Translations under genes and position numbers: made by a program
Notes under the pieces: generated by a model
Told to the model about the DNA's origin: nothing
What the model saw: only the letters and a program-made list of their open reading frames with translations
Database searches by the model: none
From: a virus
Strand: one strand, 5' to 3'
DNA: 64,000 bases
Virus record (IMG/VR): IMGVR_UViG_3300046522_000297
Location: 32,001 to 96,000 of that record
Part shown: positions 27,085 to 36,655 of the stretch, one piece after another
Numbering within the stretch: position 1 is the first letter of the stretch
Layout: each line of letters starts with the position of its first letter

Positions 27085-27507
27085 TTGGAAACGTCCAATT
27101 CCCCAACGGTTCTTACCGTTCCAGAGATCGAAGCAATGCTTCGTATCACCACCGCACAAGTAACAATTACGAAAGAGGTCGAAGGTGTAAACCTCGATGA
27201 CCTCTGCCGTAAACTGTTGCAAATGCATGAAGAGGCGGCAAACGATCCGAACATCGCAGCTCGTTTCCCTCCCAGAACCATTGATGTCAAGGTGCAGTTC
27301 AGCAACAACAAGATCGGCGCAATCAAAATTGTCCGTATGCTTACGGGTCAGGGTTTGAAAGAGTCGAAAGATCTCTGTGATTATGCGGCCCGTGATTTCG
27401 GAGGACGTAGCTCCGTAGTTTTACGTGGAATCCGCCCCGAGGCCTTTACGGCAGTCCAGCGAGAAACCCCTTTCATGGGTGATGTCTCGGTATCTGAACA
27501 CAACTAA
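27085..27507 (+). CDS. Protein with ribosomal bL12 (L7/L12) C-terminal-like domain
   Basis: NKIGAIKIVRMLTGQGLKESKDLCD. Confidence 0.75.
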   Translation: METSNSPTVLTVPEIEAMLRITTAQVTITKEVEGVNLDDLCRKLLQMHEEAANDPNIAARFPPRTIDVKVQFSNNKIGAIKIVRMLTGQGLKESKDLCDYAARDFGGRSSVVLRGIRPEAFTAVQRETPFMGDVSVSEHN

Positions 27508-27577
27508 GTTTCACCCCGCCGAGGGCTAAGAGAAATCTTGGCCCTTTCTTCTTTTCGTCCAACCAAATAGGACTCAT

Positions 27578-29692
27578 ATGAATCACTCCGTAGCAACTAT
27601 CCCGCGTCGTCCGCTCGCTACCGCCGTCACTCAAGCTCTGTCGGCTCTCAAGACGGTACGTGCTGCTGCAGCTGAGGATGAGTCGAATTCGGTCAACACC
27701 GAACTCGCCATTTCCCCGGAACTCGACGCTGCAGTCGAAGACGTCATCGCCCAAGCCAAGGCCCTGGAACTCCTGGAGCCGGTCAAGGCAGAACTGCCGA
27801 AAGTCGACCTGAGCACGGTCGTCGAATTCGTCCCGGTCAAGAACAAGATCGGCCGCTACCGCATCGTCTCGACGAAGCTGCGCCAGTTTATCCACGATTC
27901 CACCGATACCGGCTTCATGTCGGAAAAGATGCTGGAATCGATCCACGACAGCGAAGAGCAGAAAGCAGCCCGTCTGCGTATCTCGCTTATCGATCTGGAA
28001 GCGATGTTCCGCAGCTTCCACGACTTCGCCTCGATCGATGAAGACGACGTCAAGTCCTCGGCTTCCGGCCTGACCTGGCCCGAATACAAGACGATGTTCG
28101 ACGACCTGAACCAGCGTTATAGCACCTGGCTGGAAATGCGTCGTGCTGCTGCACAAGCCAAACATGACGCACACATGGCTCAGTTCAACAGCGGCGTGGC
28201 GGACTACGAAAGCACGCTCGTCGGCCTGAAGGGTGAATCGATCAAGCGTCTGAACGGCACGGCGATTCCGTACGTGTTCGATATGGGTGGCCAGAAGATC
28301 GTCGGCAAGATCACCAATGCCCGTGAACAAGAACACCCGATGATGGGTAAGTGGATAGAAGTCCGTTACGAAATCCACACCCACAACGGCATCGGCCTGT
28401 CGAGCACCAACCACAAGCTGGATATCCCGATCTACGAAGGCGTAGCTTCGCTGGAATCGCTCGGCCTGACCCGCCTGGACAAGTGCTCGGAAAGCGTGAA
28501 AGCTGCCCTGATCGCCCGTGGCGAGAAGTACCTGAAGTTGCACGAGAAGCCGGCGTACGTCATGTCGACGGGCAATATCACCCGCAAGGAAGGCCGCAAC
28601 ACGTACCAATTCAACGCCAAGGGTCGCGCCATGGTCGATATCCTCGGCCATCGTCAGATGGATACGAACTACTACGCACACTTCCACGTGGCGGATCCGG
28701 ACGGCATGGAACCGGACGACTACATCCCGATGTCGAAGGTCGACGACTACATCAAGATGAGCTGCAGCCCGTACCTGTACGGCTTCTCGTTCAAGGCCAA
28801 ACTCTGGGGCGAAATGCTCGTCGACCAAATCACGGAAATCCAGTTCCGTGACGACGTCTACGACAAGCTGGTCCTGGACGATGCCACCAAGCGCATGATC
28901 TTCGCTCAAGTCACCGATACCGGCGACGCTGACACAGATCTGATCGCTGGTAAAGGCGTCGGCTGCATCGCCCTGCTGGAAGGTCCTCCGGGTGTCGGTA
29001 AAACCCTGACGGCGGAAGCTGTCTCGGAAACCCTGAAGCGTCCGATTTACTATGTGTCGGTCGGCGAACTGGGTACCAGTGCTCGTTCGCTGGAAACCAA
29101 CCTGAAGGAAATTCTGGAAATCGCAGCTTCCTGGAATGCCATTCTGCTGCTGGACGAAGGTGACGTGTTCCTGGAACGCCGTGACAGCCACGATCTGGAG
29201 CGTAACGCCATGGTTGCCGTGTTCCTGCGTCTGCTGGAGTATTTCCCGGGCATCATGTTCCTGACGACCAACCGTGCCGACAACATCGACCCGGCCTTCG
29301 AGTCCCGCATCACGCTTTGCATCCACTACAAGGATCTGGACGCAAGCAGCCGCTTCAAGATCTGGACGAACCTGCTGAATGCTGCTAAAATCAAGAGCAT
29401 CAATACGGAAGCCATCGATCGTCTGTCGCACTTCAAGCTGAACGGTCGTCAGATCAAGCAGGTGATCAAGTCGGCGGGTGCACTGGCTCGTTTCGAGAAG
29501 CGCAACCTGGAATACGACGACTTCATGACCGTCATCCAGCAGAAGGAAGACTTCAAGAAGGCCACCGTCTACCAGCTCGGCAAGGGTCTGTCTGACGACA
29601 AGGCAGCAGCACCGGTGAAGGAAGTGGGCCTGGTCCGCCGTGTGTGGAACGCCCTGGTCAACAACGGCCAGAGCCTGGGTCAAGGCCAGTAA
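27578..29692 (+). CDS. AAA+ ATPase
   Basis: Walker A GPPGVGKT, Walker B LLLDE, LTTNR, DPAFESRI. Confidence 0.92.
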   Translation: MNHSVATIPRRPLATAVTQALSALKTVRAAAAEDESNSVNTELAISPELDAAVEDVIAQAKALELLEPVKAELPKVDLSTVVEFVPVKNKIGRYRIVSTKLRQFIHDSTDTGFMSEKMLESIHDSEEQKAARLRISLIDLEAMFRSFHDFASIDEDDVKSSASGLTWPEYKTMFDDLNQRYSTWLEMRRAAAQAKHDAHMAQFNSGVADYESTLVGLKGESIKRLNGTAIPYVFDMGGQKIVGKITNAREQEHPMMGKWIEVRYEIHTHNGIGLSSTNHKLDIPIYEGVASLESLGLTRLDKCSESVKAALIARGEKYLKLHEKPAYVMSTGNITRKEGRNTYQFNAKGRAMVDILGHRQMDTNYYAHFHVADPDGMEPDDYIPMSKVDDYIKMSCSPYLYGFSFKAKLWGEMLVDQITEIQFRDDVYDKLVLDDATKRMIFAQVTDTGDADTDLIAGKGVGCIALLEGPPGVGKTLTAEAVSETLKRPIYYVSVGELGTSARSLETNLKEILEIAASWNAILLLDEGDVFLERRDSHDLERNAMVAVFLRLLEYFPGIMFLTTNRADNIDPAFESRITLCIHYKDLDASSRFKIWTNLLNAAKIKSINTEAIDRLSHFKLNGRQIKQVIKSAGALARFEKRNLEYDDFMTVIQQKEDFKKATVYQLGKGLSDDKAAAPVKEVGLVRRVWNALVNNGQSLGQGQ

Positions 29693-29702
29693 CAAGTATT
29701 AC

Positions 29703-29787
29703 GGGAGCATGGTGGAACTGGGATACACTACAGTCTTAAACACTGTCGCCTTCGGGATTGCGGGTTCGACTCCCGCTGCTCCCACCA
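29703..29787 (+). tRNA. tRNA-Leu(UAA)
   Basis: ACAGT-CTTAAAC-ACTGT, variable arm, CCA. Confidence 0.92.
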
Positions 29788-29860
29788 AAACAACGGCCGG
29801 CTAGGTTAACTCTTAGTCGGTCTTTTAATTTGTGAAGTTCTTTTAAGAATGGATATTAGT

Positions 29861-30214
29861 ATGTCGAAGCAAGAAAAAATCGCAGCAGCAAAAGCAACGA
29901 AGACCTCCAAGCCGACCGTGGCCCAATTCACGGGTTCGCTCGACACGACGGCGTTCGAAAAGGACTCTGTCTCCCCGGCGGATCGTTTCTGGAACATCAA
30001 GGGCACGAGCTACTATAGCCGTGACAAGGGCCTGCTGAAGGGTCTGCGTCGTGTCCTGAACCTGAAGGCAGGCGTGAACGAAGACGTGGCTGACGTCATC
30101 GAACACGACAAGAACGACAAGGAAATCATCGTCGACAAAATCGCTGCTGTCCCGGCGAAAGACTGGCCGTTCAAGATCACCAAGGGCCCGGCTCATCCGC
30201 GCCTGAACGGCTAA
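29861..30214 (+). CDS. hypothetical protein
   Basis: GC-biased codons, start MSKQEK. Confidence 0.7.
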   Translation: MSKQEKIAAAKATKTSKPTVAQFTGSLDTTAFEKDSVSPADRFWNIKGTSYYSRDKGLLKGLRRVLNLKAGVNEDVADVIEHDKNDKEIIVDKIAAVPAKDWPFKITKGPAHPRLNG

Positions 30215-30526
30215 GCTCAGCAGTTTCAATAATCACTCTAGGTATTGGTATAATATAAGTAACATAGAAATATGTATCTTTTCTTATGCTTACCTAGGGT
30301 TAAGCTGAAAGGAATTGAGATGTTCAACATCCTCAACAATCTGGCGAAAGCTGCTGTCGGTATCGTGGTGGAAACTCCGCTGGCCATCGCAGCTGATGTC
30401 GTAACCCTCGGTGGCACCTTGACCGACAAGGACAAGACCTACACCGAGACCGCTGTCGAAAACGTTTACAAGAACGTCGAGAAAGCAACGAAGTAACAAC
30501 CTTCCATAACTTCAAAGGGAAATCCT

Positions 30527-30772
30527 GTGTCTGCAAAGAAAGAAGCTAAAGGCGGCAAGCCCGCACCCGTCGCACCGGCCAAGAAAGCCAAAGTCGATCC
30601 GGCAACCAAGATCAAGCGCAATGCTGACGGTACCAAGGCCATGAAAGTGGCACGTGGCACCGAGCGTCGTCGCCGTCGTGAAGGTCTGCGTCAGGACTGG
30701 AAAACCCATCCGAACGCAAAGCAAATGCTGAAGCCGGGTCAACAGACCGTGGCAGAAGCACAAGCAGCGTAA
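30527..30772 (+). CDS. small basic protein
   Basis: 81 aa, K/R/A-rich. Confidence 0.6.
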   Translation: MSAKKEAKGGKPAPVAPAKKAKVDPATKIKRNADGTKAMKVARGTERRRRREGLRQDWKTHPNAKQMLKPGQQTVAEAQAA

Positions 30773-30821
30773 AAGCAGTACCCACCGCTCCGGCTGAATC
30801 AGTGCGGGGCGGTGGTCCAGA

Positions 30822-30898
30822 CGGGAAGATAGCTTAGTTGGTAGAGCGCCGTATCTGAGGTACGCATGTCAGAGGTTCAAATCCTCTCTTTCCGACCA
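30822..30898 (+). ncRNA. Pro-type tRNA-like RNA with aberrant anticodon loop (TC-TGA-GG)
   Basis: CGGGAAG/CTTTCCG-A-CCA, normal D and T arms. Confidence 0.6.
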
Positions 30899-31124
30899 AA
30901 ATTCAATCAACGAAATTATCATGTACATTACCTGGACTCTCCTATTTATTGTATCTGCAATCCTCGGAGGGCTCTTCGGTGATTGTGGTATGACTGCAAC
31001 AGCGGGTGGATTGTTTTCCATCGCTCTAGTTGCAGCAATTGCATTATTCGTAACGTGGATAGATGACGTAGAAACTAAAACCGTTGACGACTCGGTACGT
31101 AAGCGTTAAAATAGTATCTCAAAT

Positions 31125-31200
31125 GCGGGGTTAGCTCAGTTGGTAGAGCGCTTTCCTTCCAAGTAAGAGGTCGCCGATTCGAATTCGGCATCCCGCTCCA
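31125..31200 (+). tRNA. tRNA-Gly(UCC)
   Basis: CT-TCC-AA loop, U73, CCA. Confidence 0.9.
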
Positions 31201-31410
31201 GGTTTCCTTCTTATCGCCGAGGTAGATCACAACGATCCCTCGGCGATTCTTTTTCGTACCTACACCGATTCCCCATCTTCAAAATTACTCTAAAGGCAAT
31301 CTCGCCATTATACGTTGTTGACACTGCGTAAGGGTCGAGGATGAGGAATCGGTGTGGGCACGTGTCCACTAGACCAATGTTGGTCATAACTCCAAATAAA
31401 TAGGAAAAAC

Positions 31411-32367
31411 ATGTTCAATCTGAATACCACCGGCTTCTCCGCTAAAGTCCTGAACCGCATGTTCCGTCAGGTCGATGGCCTGAAATGGGATCTGCAAACC
31501 GGTTCGCTGGGCGTCGTCGGCAAGGATGGTTCGATTGCCACCCTGATCAAAACCGAAGTTCCGGCCGTCGCAGCCGTCGAAGCAACCGCAGTGACCCCGG
31601 CCGTCGCCGCTCAACCGGCATCGGTCGAGTACAATATCTCGGTCAACCCGTTCGACATGTTCTCGGTCGCAATCCCGGCCTTCGCTACCCAGACCCGTCT
31701 GGAAAACGTCAAGGAAGGCGACCTGGTCGTCGGCGCCGAGAAGATCCTGGGCTTCGTCATCGGCAAGACCGCTGCTTCGCTGAAGCTGCGTGACTTCGAT
31801 GGCTTCACCAAGAACTACACCCCGCCGAAAGTCCAGATCCTGGGCAACGATGGCGTCCTGGTCGTCCAGTCGCTGGGTTCGCTGTTCGGTGGCCAGACCG
31901 GCGTCGGCGGCTTCCAATCGCTGCTGATGCCCCTGCTGCTGGCAAACGGCAACAGCACCGAAGGCCTGGACTCGATCCTGCCGCTGATCCTGTTCAGCCA
32001 ACTGCAGACCGCCAACCCGGCCGTCGCTGCTGACGCTGCAACCGCTGCTGGCAACCCGGCCCTGGCCGCAAGCCCGATCGCTTCGATGCTGCCGTTCCTG
32101 CTGCTGAAAGGCGCTGGCAAGAAAGGCTCGACCGGCGGTTCGAAAGGTGGCGCATTCGGCGACATCGACCCGATGATGCTGATGATGATGTCGGGCGGCT
32201 TCGGCGGCGGCGCACAAGCTGGCGGCATGAACCCGATGATGCTGCTGGCTCTGGCCAAAGGCGGCTTCGGCGGCGACGACGAACCGGAAGCTCCGGCTCT
32301 GGTCTCGGTACCGCGCACCTCGGCTGCTTCCGGCAACTTCGCCCCGGCCCTGACCCGTACCCGCTAA
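31411..32367 (+). CDS. Gly/Ala/Met-rich hypothetical protein
   Basis: 318 aa, repeated P-M/L-M/L-L-L motifs, strong codon bias. Confidence 0.8.
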   Translation: MFNLNTTGFSAKVLNRMFRQVDGLKWDLQTGSLGVVGKDGSIATLIKTEVPAVAAVEATAVTPAVAAQPASVEYNISVNPFDMFSVAIPAFATQTRLENVKEGDLVVGAEKILGFVIGKTAASLKLRDFDGFTKNYTPPKVQILGNDGVLVVQSLGSLFGGQTGVGGFQSLLMPLLLANGNSTEGLDSILPLILFSQLQTANPAVAADAATAAGNPALAASPIASMLPFLLLKGAGKKGSTGGSKGGAFGDIDPMMLMMMSGGFGGGAQAGGMNPMMLLALAKGGFGGDDEPEAPALVSVPRTSAASGNFAPALTRTR

Positions 32368-32548
32368 TCCAGCGGTAACGGTCTTGCACACTGAGGCTGT
32401 TATGCTATAATAGTCTCAATAAGGCAACCAAGTGGATTGGCAACCTACTGGCTTGCACCATCCGTGCACAGACGGTGGTTGCCCCAATAGCCTGTGCAAA
32501 TAGTAGAACGGAAAAGACCTTGTTCACAAGACTGGGTCTTTTCTCCAT

Positions 32549-32628
32549 GGTAGCGTGCCTGAGTCTGGTCCAAAGGAACGGATTGCAAACCCGTAAAACC
32601 GCAGGTTCAAATCCTGCCGCTATCTCCA
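32549..32628 (+). tRNA. tRNA-Cys(GCA)
   Basis: TT-GCA-AA loop, U73, CCA. Confidence 0.88.
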
Positions 32629-32792
32629 ATAAATAAAGGTGAAATATGTGGGGTAAAGAACTCGGCAATGCCCTGGAGCAAATGATCATCTTTGCTGCCA
32701 TAGGCATGATCCTATCCATGGCGTTAGGGTTAGGAGGTATCTTCTATCTTATCTGGTGGGTATTCCATCACGTACAATTCGTTTAACAATCT

Positions 32793-32869
<77 letters not shown>

Positions 32870-33013
32870 TCCCCCTCTTAAAAATGAGCAACATCAAAAC
32901 TCCTAAAAACACTTATGCATTCGTAGCAATAGTGGCGGTGTTCACACTGGCTATGGCGCGCTGCAGCCCCGCTCCGGTAACGAACCAAATGCCGTGCCCT
33001 GCAAAGGTACAGA

Positions 33014-33202
33014 ATGAAATCTAATAAACAATCACTCCCAAAGCCCCGTACGAAGTTACACGAGGTTTTGGCAATGAAAGCTACCAGTGGCGCAGCTGGG
33101 AAACATGCTGCTAACAAATTCAAACGAGCCCCGAAACATAGGGGTCTCGCAAAGCACGGGGACTTCGGTTCCCGTTTTTTTTTAGTTCAACGGAGTTTAT
33201 AA
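33014..33202 (+). CDS. small basic protein with an internal terminator
   Basis: AGKH...KRAPKH; hairpin + T-run at 33156-33183 lies before the stop. Confidence 0.5.
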   Translation: MKSNKQSLPKPRTKLHEVLAMKATSGAAGKHAANKFKRAPKHRGLAKHGDFGSRFFLVQRSL

Positions 33203-33429
33203 TGAAGAAATCCCTAGCCGTGCTTTCACTGCTAGCATTGATGTTATCTGCGTGTGGGCCCCAAGAATCCACCGAGATGCAGATGCGCAGGACCACCGCT
33301 AAGCTGAGGATATACAAAGCTCAGCTGGAAGCCTGTGAAGATAATGGTGGCGTTAAAAATATTACTCATGGAAGTAATACTACTACTGTTTATTGTGTAA
33401 ATAGTGTTAGTACCATTGCTTATAACTAA
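33202..33429 (+). CDS. small lipoprotein
   Basis: Lipobox LSA-C. Confidence 0.65.
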   Translation: MKKSLAVLSLLALMLSACGPQESTEMQMRRTTAKLRIYKAQLEACEDNGGVKNITHGSNTTTVYCVNSVSTIAYN

Positions 33430-33438
33430 GGAAGGATA

Positions 33439-33750
33439 ATGACAAAAGGAATTTGCAGAATAGGGGACTCAGTCTCAGGCACATGCAGGGTATCGGCTAC
33501 AGGACATCCCCGTGCCTTTACCGGTACTTGGAATACAGGGTCTGGAGTGGTAAAATGTGACGGCATTGGAGTCATACGAGAGAACGACACTGGCACTACC
33601 GATTGTGGGCACACCTTCAAAGCGGTAGGTGGTAGTAATACTCTCAGCGGTGAGGGTTTAAAGATGCAGAGAGTAGGAGATCCAGTAACCGTGATCGGCG
33701 GTGGAGAAGGGGTTTCTATCACGGGTTCAAGTAGCAGTACGTCTGAATAA
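33439..33750 (+). CDS. PAAR-like spike tip protein
   Basis: RIGD, CGH, RVGD, ITGSS repeats. Confidence 0.75.
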   Translation: MTKGICRIGDSVSGTCRVSATGHPRAFTGTWNTGSGVVKCDGIGVIRENDTGTTDCGHTFKAVGGSNTLSGEGLKMQRVGDPVTVIGGGEGVSITGSSSSTSE

Positions 33751-33777
33751 TAAACAAAACAATAATAGAATAAGAAA

Positions 33778-34596
33778 ATGACAAGCGGAATCAAAGTAAA
33801 AGTAGTAAAAGACAGTATTAGCAAAGGCCAACGACTGACCACTCTGCAGCTTCGTTATCACCGGTATATTCATGGTGAGTTTATGACCCACCGGGTATTT
33901 AGTCGTAATGCTTCAAGCAGCCGTGCAATCCCCGTTAAAACGATGTTGAAGCAGGTTTGGAGCGATCCTGCCATCCCGGTTCATTGGGGCGCTAATCAGC
34001 CAGGCATGCAGGCTAGGAAGCATCTGGAGGGCTTTAGACTCTGGGCTGCTAAAACTGCGTGGATCCTGGCTGCTAAGTTGATGTGTGTGTTTGCTTGGCT
34101 GATGGTTCTCATCGGTCTGCACAAACAAATTGCTAATCGTATTCTGGAACCTTGGCAGTTCATCCACGTTATTGTCTCTGCTACTGATTGGGATAACTTC
34201 TTCCTGCTAAGGGACCACCCAGATGCCCAACCAGAGATTAGGGAACTGGCGAGAGAGATAAAGTATTGGATGGATCACTCGACTCCTACTGAGTTAAAAG
34301 TCGGGGATTACCATCTTCCGTATATTACGGATGAAGAATTTAGGCTCAATAGCCTGGAGGACTGTGTCAAGATGTCCACGGCTAGATGCGCAAGGGTCTC
34401 GTATCTGACTCATGATGGGAAGAAACCCTCTAAAGAGAAGGACATTAAACTGCATGATGATCTGGTTGTAGCGGAACCTATTCATGCAAGCCCCTCTGAA
34501 CACCAAGCTACCCCGGCTGAAGATGATGACTATTACAAGAACTTCCGTGGCTGGATTCAGTATCGTACTTTTGTAGAAATGAAAAAAGGGTTCTGA
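33778..34596 (+). CDS. thyX: Flavin-dependent thymidylate synthase
   Basis: EFMTHRVFSRNASSSRAIP, HKQIANRILEP, AQPEI, HASPSEH. Confidence 0.92.
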   Translation: MTSGIKVKVVKDSISKGQRLTTLQLRYHRYIHGEFMTHRVFSRNASSSRAIPVKTMLKQVWSDPAIPVHWGANQPGMQARKHLEGFRLWAAKTAWILAAKLMCVFAWLMVLIGLHKQIANRILEPWQFIHVIVSATDWDNFFLLRDHPDAQPEIRELAREIKYWMDHSTPTELKVGDYHLPYITDEEFRLNSLEDCVKMSTARCARVSYLTHDGKKPSKEKDIKLHDDLVVAEPIHASPSEHQATPAEDDDYYKNFRGWIQYRTFVEMKKGF

Positions 34597-34699
34597 TCTT
34601 CAATTGACAAGTTCATAATTGGTATAAGTTAAGTGCACAGATATATAACGTAACAGAACGATTTCTGTGCACTCACCCTAACTTAGAAGGAAATCTATT

Positions 34700-35479
34700 A
34701 TGAACTTCAGCCTCCTCCCAGTTGTAATCACTTTCATCAGCAAACTGACCAAGTCCTACGGTCAGATGTTCCTCATCTTCTCCAACGTTGCGGCCAACGG
34801 TCTCACCGTGGTCAAGAGCGTTGATAAGACCCTGAGTCTTGAGCGCTACGCTCCAGTTCGTGCCCAGTTCCAAAGGGCAATTTTACTCCTGGTTTCTGCG
34901 TATGCAGAGTTCGGCATTGCATTCAGGGATCTTAAAGAAGCTGTTCAGAAGAATCCGGAAGACTTCTTAGAACTCAACTCCTTCATCTCTCAGTTGAAGA
35001 AGGATGTTCCGGCCGACATAGAGAAGCTTATGGAAGAGCCTGTCGAGTACCTGAATAACCTGAAAGAAAGCGACGACTTCGGCGCTGTACCAGAATTCAT
35101 CCGTAAGTCCGAAGAATATCGTTCCGCTATGAATTTCGGTAAAACGGAGATTATCAACGAAACGGAATTCAAGGAAGTCTTCCTGAACCGTTATGCGTAC
35201 GATATCTCGAATTTGGGGAAGAATCTGAAACGTGTTAATCGGGAACTTAACTCCCGTGGATACACGGTCTTGCTTAAACCTTACAAAGAGGGCAAGCCCT
35301 CTGGAAAATTCATCTATTGGGGTGAGGGTAATATCACCTTCAGTGAAGAGGAAATAAAGAAGGGGGTTATCAAGATCGACGAAACACTCTTCTCTGCAAA
35401 GGCTTCACTGATCCCTAATGCAGACTGGCCATTTACCAATGAGCAGGAAAAGAAGGACGCCGATAAAACCGGCGAGTAA
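34700..35479 (+). CDS. hypothetical early protein
   Basis: 259 aa, promoter at 34620. Confidence 0.7.
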   Translation: MNFSLLPVVITFISKLTKSYGQMFLIFSNVAANGLTVVKSVDKTLSLERYAPVRAQFQRAILLLVSAYAEFGIAFRDLKEAVQKNPEDFLELNSFISQLKKDVPADIEKLMEEPVEYLNNLKESDDFGAVPEFIRKSEEYRSAMNFGKTEIINETEFKEVFLNRYAYDISNLGKNLKRVNRELNSRGYTVLLKPYKEGKPSGKFIYWGEGNITFSEEEIKKGVIKIDETLFSAKASLIPNADWPFTNEQEKKDADKTGE

Positions 35480-35627
35480 CACACGAGCCCGGCATAACCG
35501 GGCTTTTTTTAGCTCTGCAATATTGATGAGTTTCAATTGTAAGGTCTGCTTTTGGTATAAGAGAAATAGACGGGAACATATCCCGTTGTTTTCAACAACG
35601 TTAACAATCCACCCAGGAGTTTTAGAA

Positions 35628-36578
35628 ATGCTGAAGGCAAACCAAAACGCACGTGTCGTATCCCTCGTCCTCAATACGGTCGGCATGTCGTACACTTTCT
35701 TCGAAACCAAAACTGGCTCGATCCACGATGCCGCTGGTAATTCTGTAACCCGCACGCTTGAGTACCTGATCTCCGGCATCTCGGACACCAACGAAAAAGT
35801 CAAGCGTGTCCTGACTAACCCTCTTCAGCAACTGCAACTGCTGAAGTCGGCAGTCGCAACCCGTATGCTTCCGCCGGACGTACTGCAGGAAGCCCGTTCG
35901 ACCATTAACGAACTGGAAATTTCCCTGAAGACCCCGCTGGAGAAGGCCGAAGTCCTGAAGAGCGAACTGATCTCTGCACGTACGCTGCTCGGCTTCGCCA
36001 AGCTGTACGACGACGAGAAGAAAGCCCCGGTCAAGGAAGTCCAGGAAGTCACGGCTGAAGCACCATCCCAAGCGATCATGCCGGAAGACCAGGCCCGGGA
36101 ACTCATCCAGAACGGTAAAGCTCTGGCCGAACGCCTCGGCGGTCTGACCCAGCGCATCAGCGATATGAACCGTGCTTCGTCGGCAAAGGTCCAGACCAAA
36201 GACCAGAGCAAAGCACCGCTCCCGGAAAACGTTCGTTCCCTCGTCGGAAGCCTCCTCGGTCAGCTGATCGGCGCAGAATGGATGAAGGCCCGTGAAGAGA
36301 AACCGGAAGAACGTCAGGCTCCGGTTCAGCTCCAGGGCTGCGGTGAGCCGGACTGCTTTCACTGCGGTAACGAAGACGAAGGCCAGGAAGCCAACGAAAT
36401 GGCAACCCTGCTGGGCAACGCGCTGGCCCGTCGTGACAAAACGGACGGTATGGTGAAGCCGATGTTCCTCCGTCTGGAACCGGGCGAATCGATCGAAGAC
36501 GGTCTGCGCCGCGCACTGAACATCGAAGGTGATATCCACATGGAACTCAACCCGATCAACCCGAAGACGTTCCACTAA
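35628..36578 (+). CDS. hypothetical early protein
   Basis: Start MLKANQ after AGGAG; promoter at 35553. Confidence 0.7.
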   Translation: MLKANQNARVVSLVLNTVGMSYTFFETKTGSIHDAAGNSVTRTLEYLISGISDTNEKVKRVLTNPLQQLQLLKSAVATRMLPPDVLQEARSTINELEISLKTPLEKAEVLKSELISARTLLGFAKLYDDEKKAPVKEVQEVTAEAPSQAIMPEDQARELIQNGKALAERLGGLTQRISDMNRASSAKVQTKDQSKAPLPENVRSLVGSLLGQLIGAEWMKAREEKPEERQAPVQLQGCGEPDCFHCGNEDEGQEANEMATLLGNALARRDKTDGMVKPMFLRLEPGESIEDGLRRALNIEGDIHMELNPINPKTFH

Positions 36579-36655
36579 TCGTGGAGTGAAGAACGGAGCC
36601 CTAACGAGGCTCCGTTTCTTTTTTGTGCTTAACAAAGTTTAGCTAAAGGAAATAT

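Noticed and set aside
27473-29695. 740-aa minus-strand ORF (and similar antisense ORFs at 31384, 35622, 16053, 4526, 42954)
   Set aside because: These are shadow frames of strongly codon-biased plus-strand genes with recognisable motifs.
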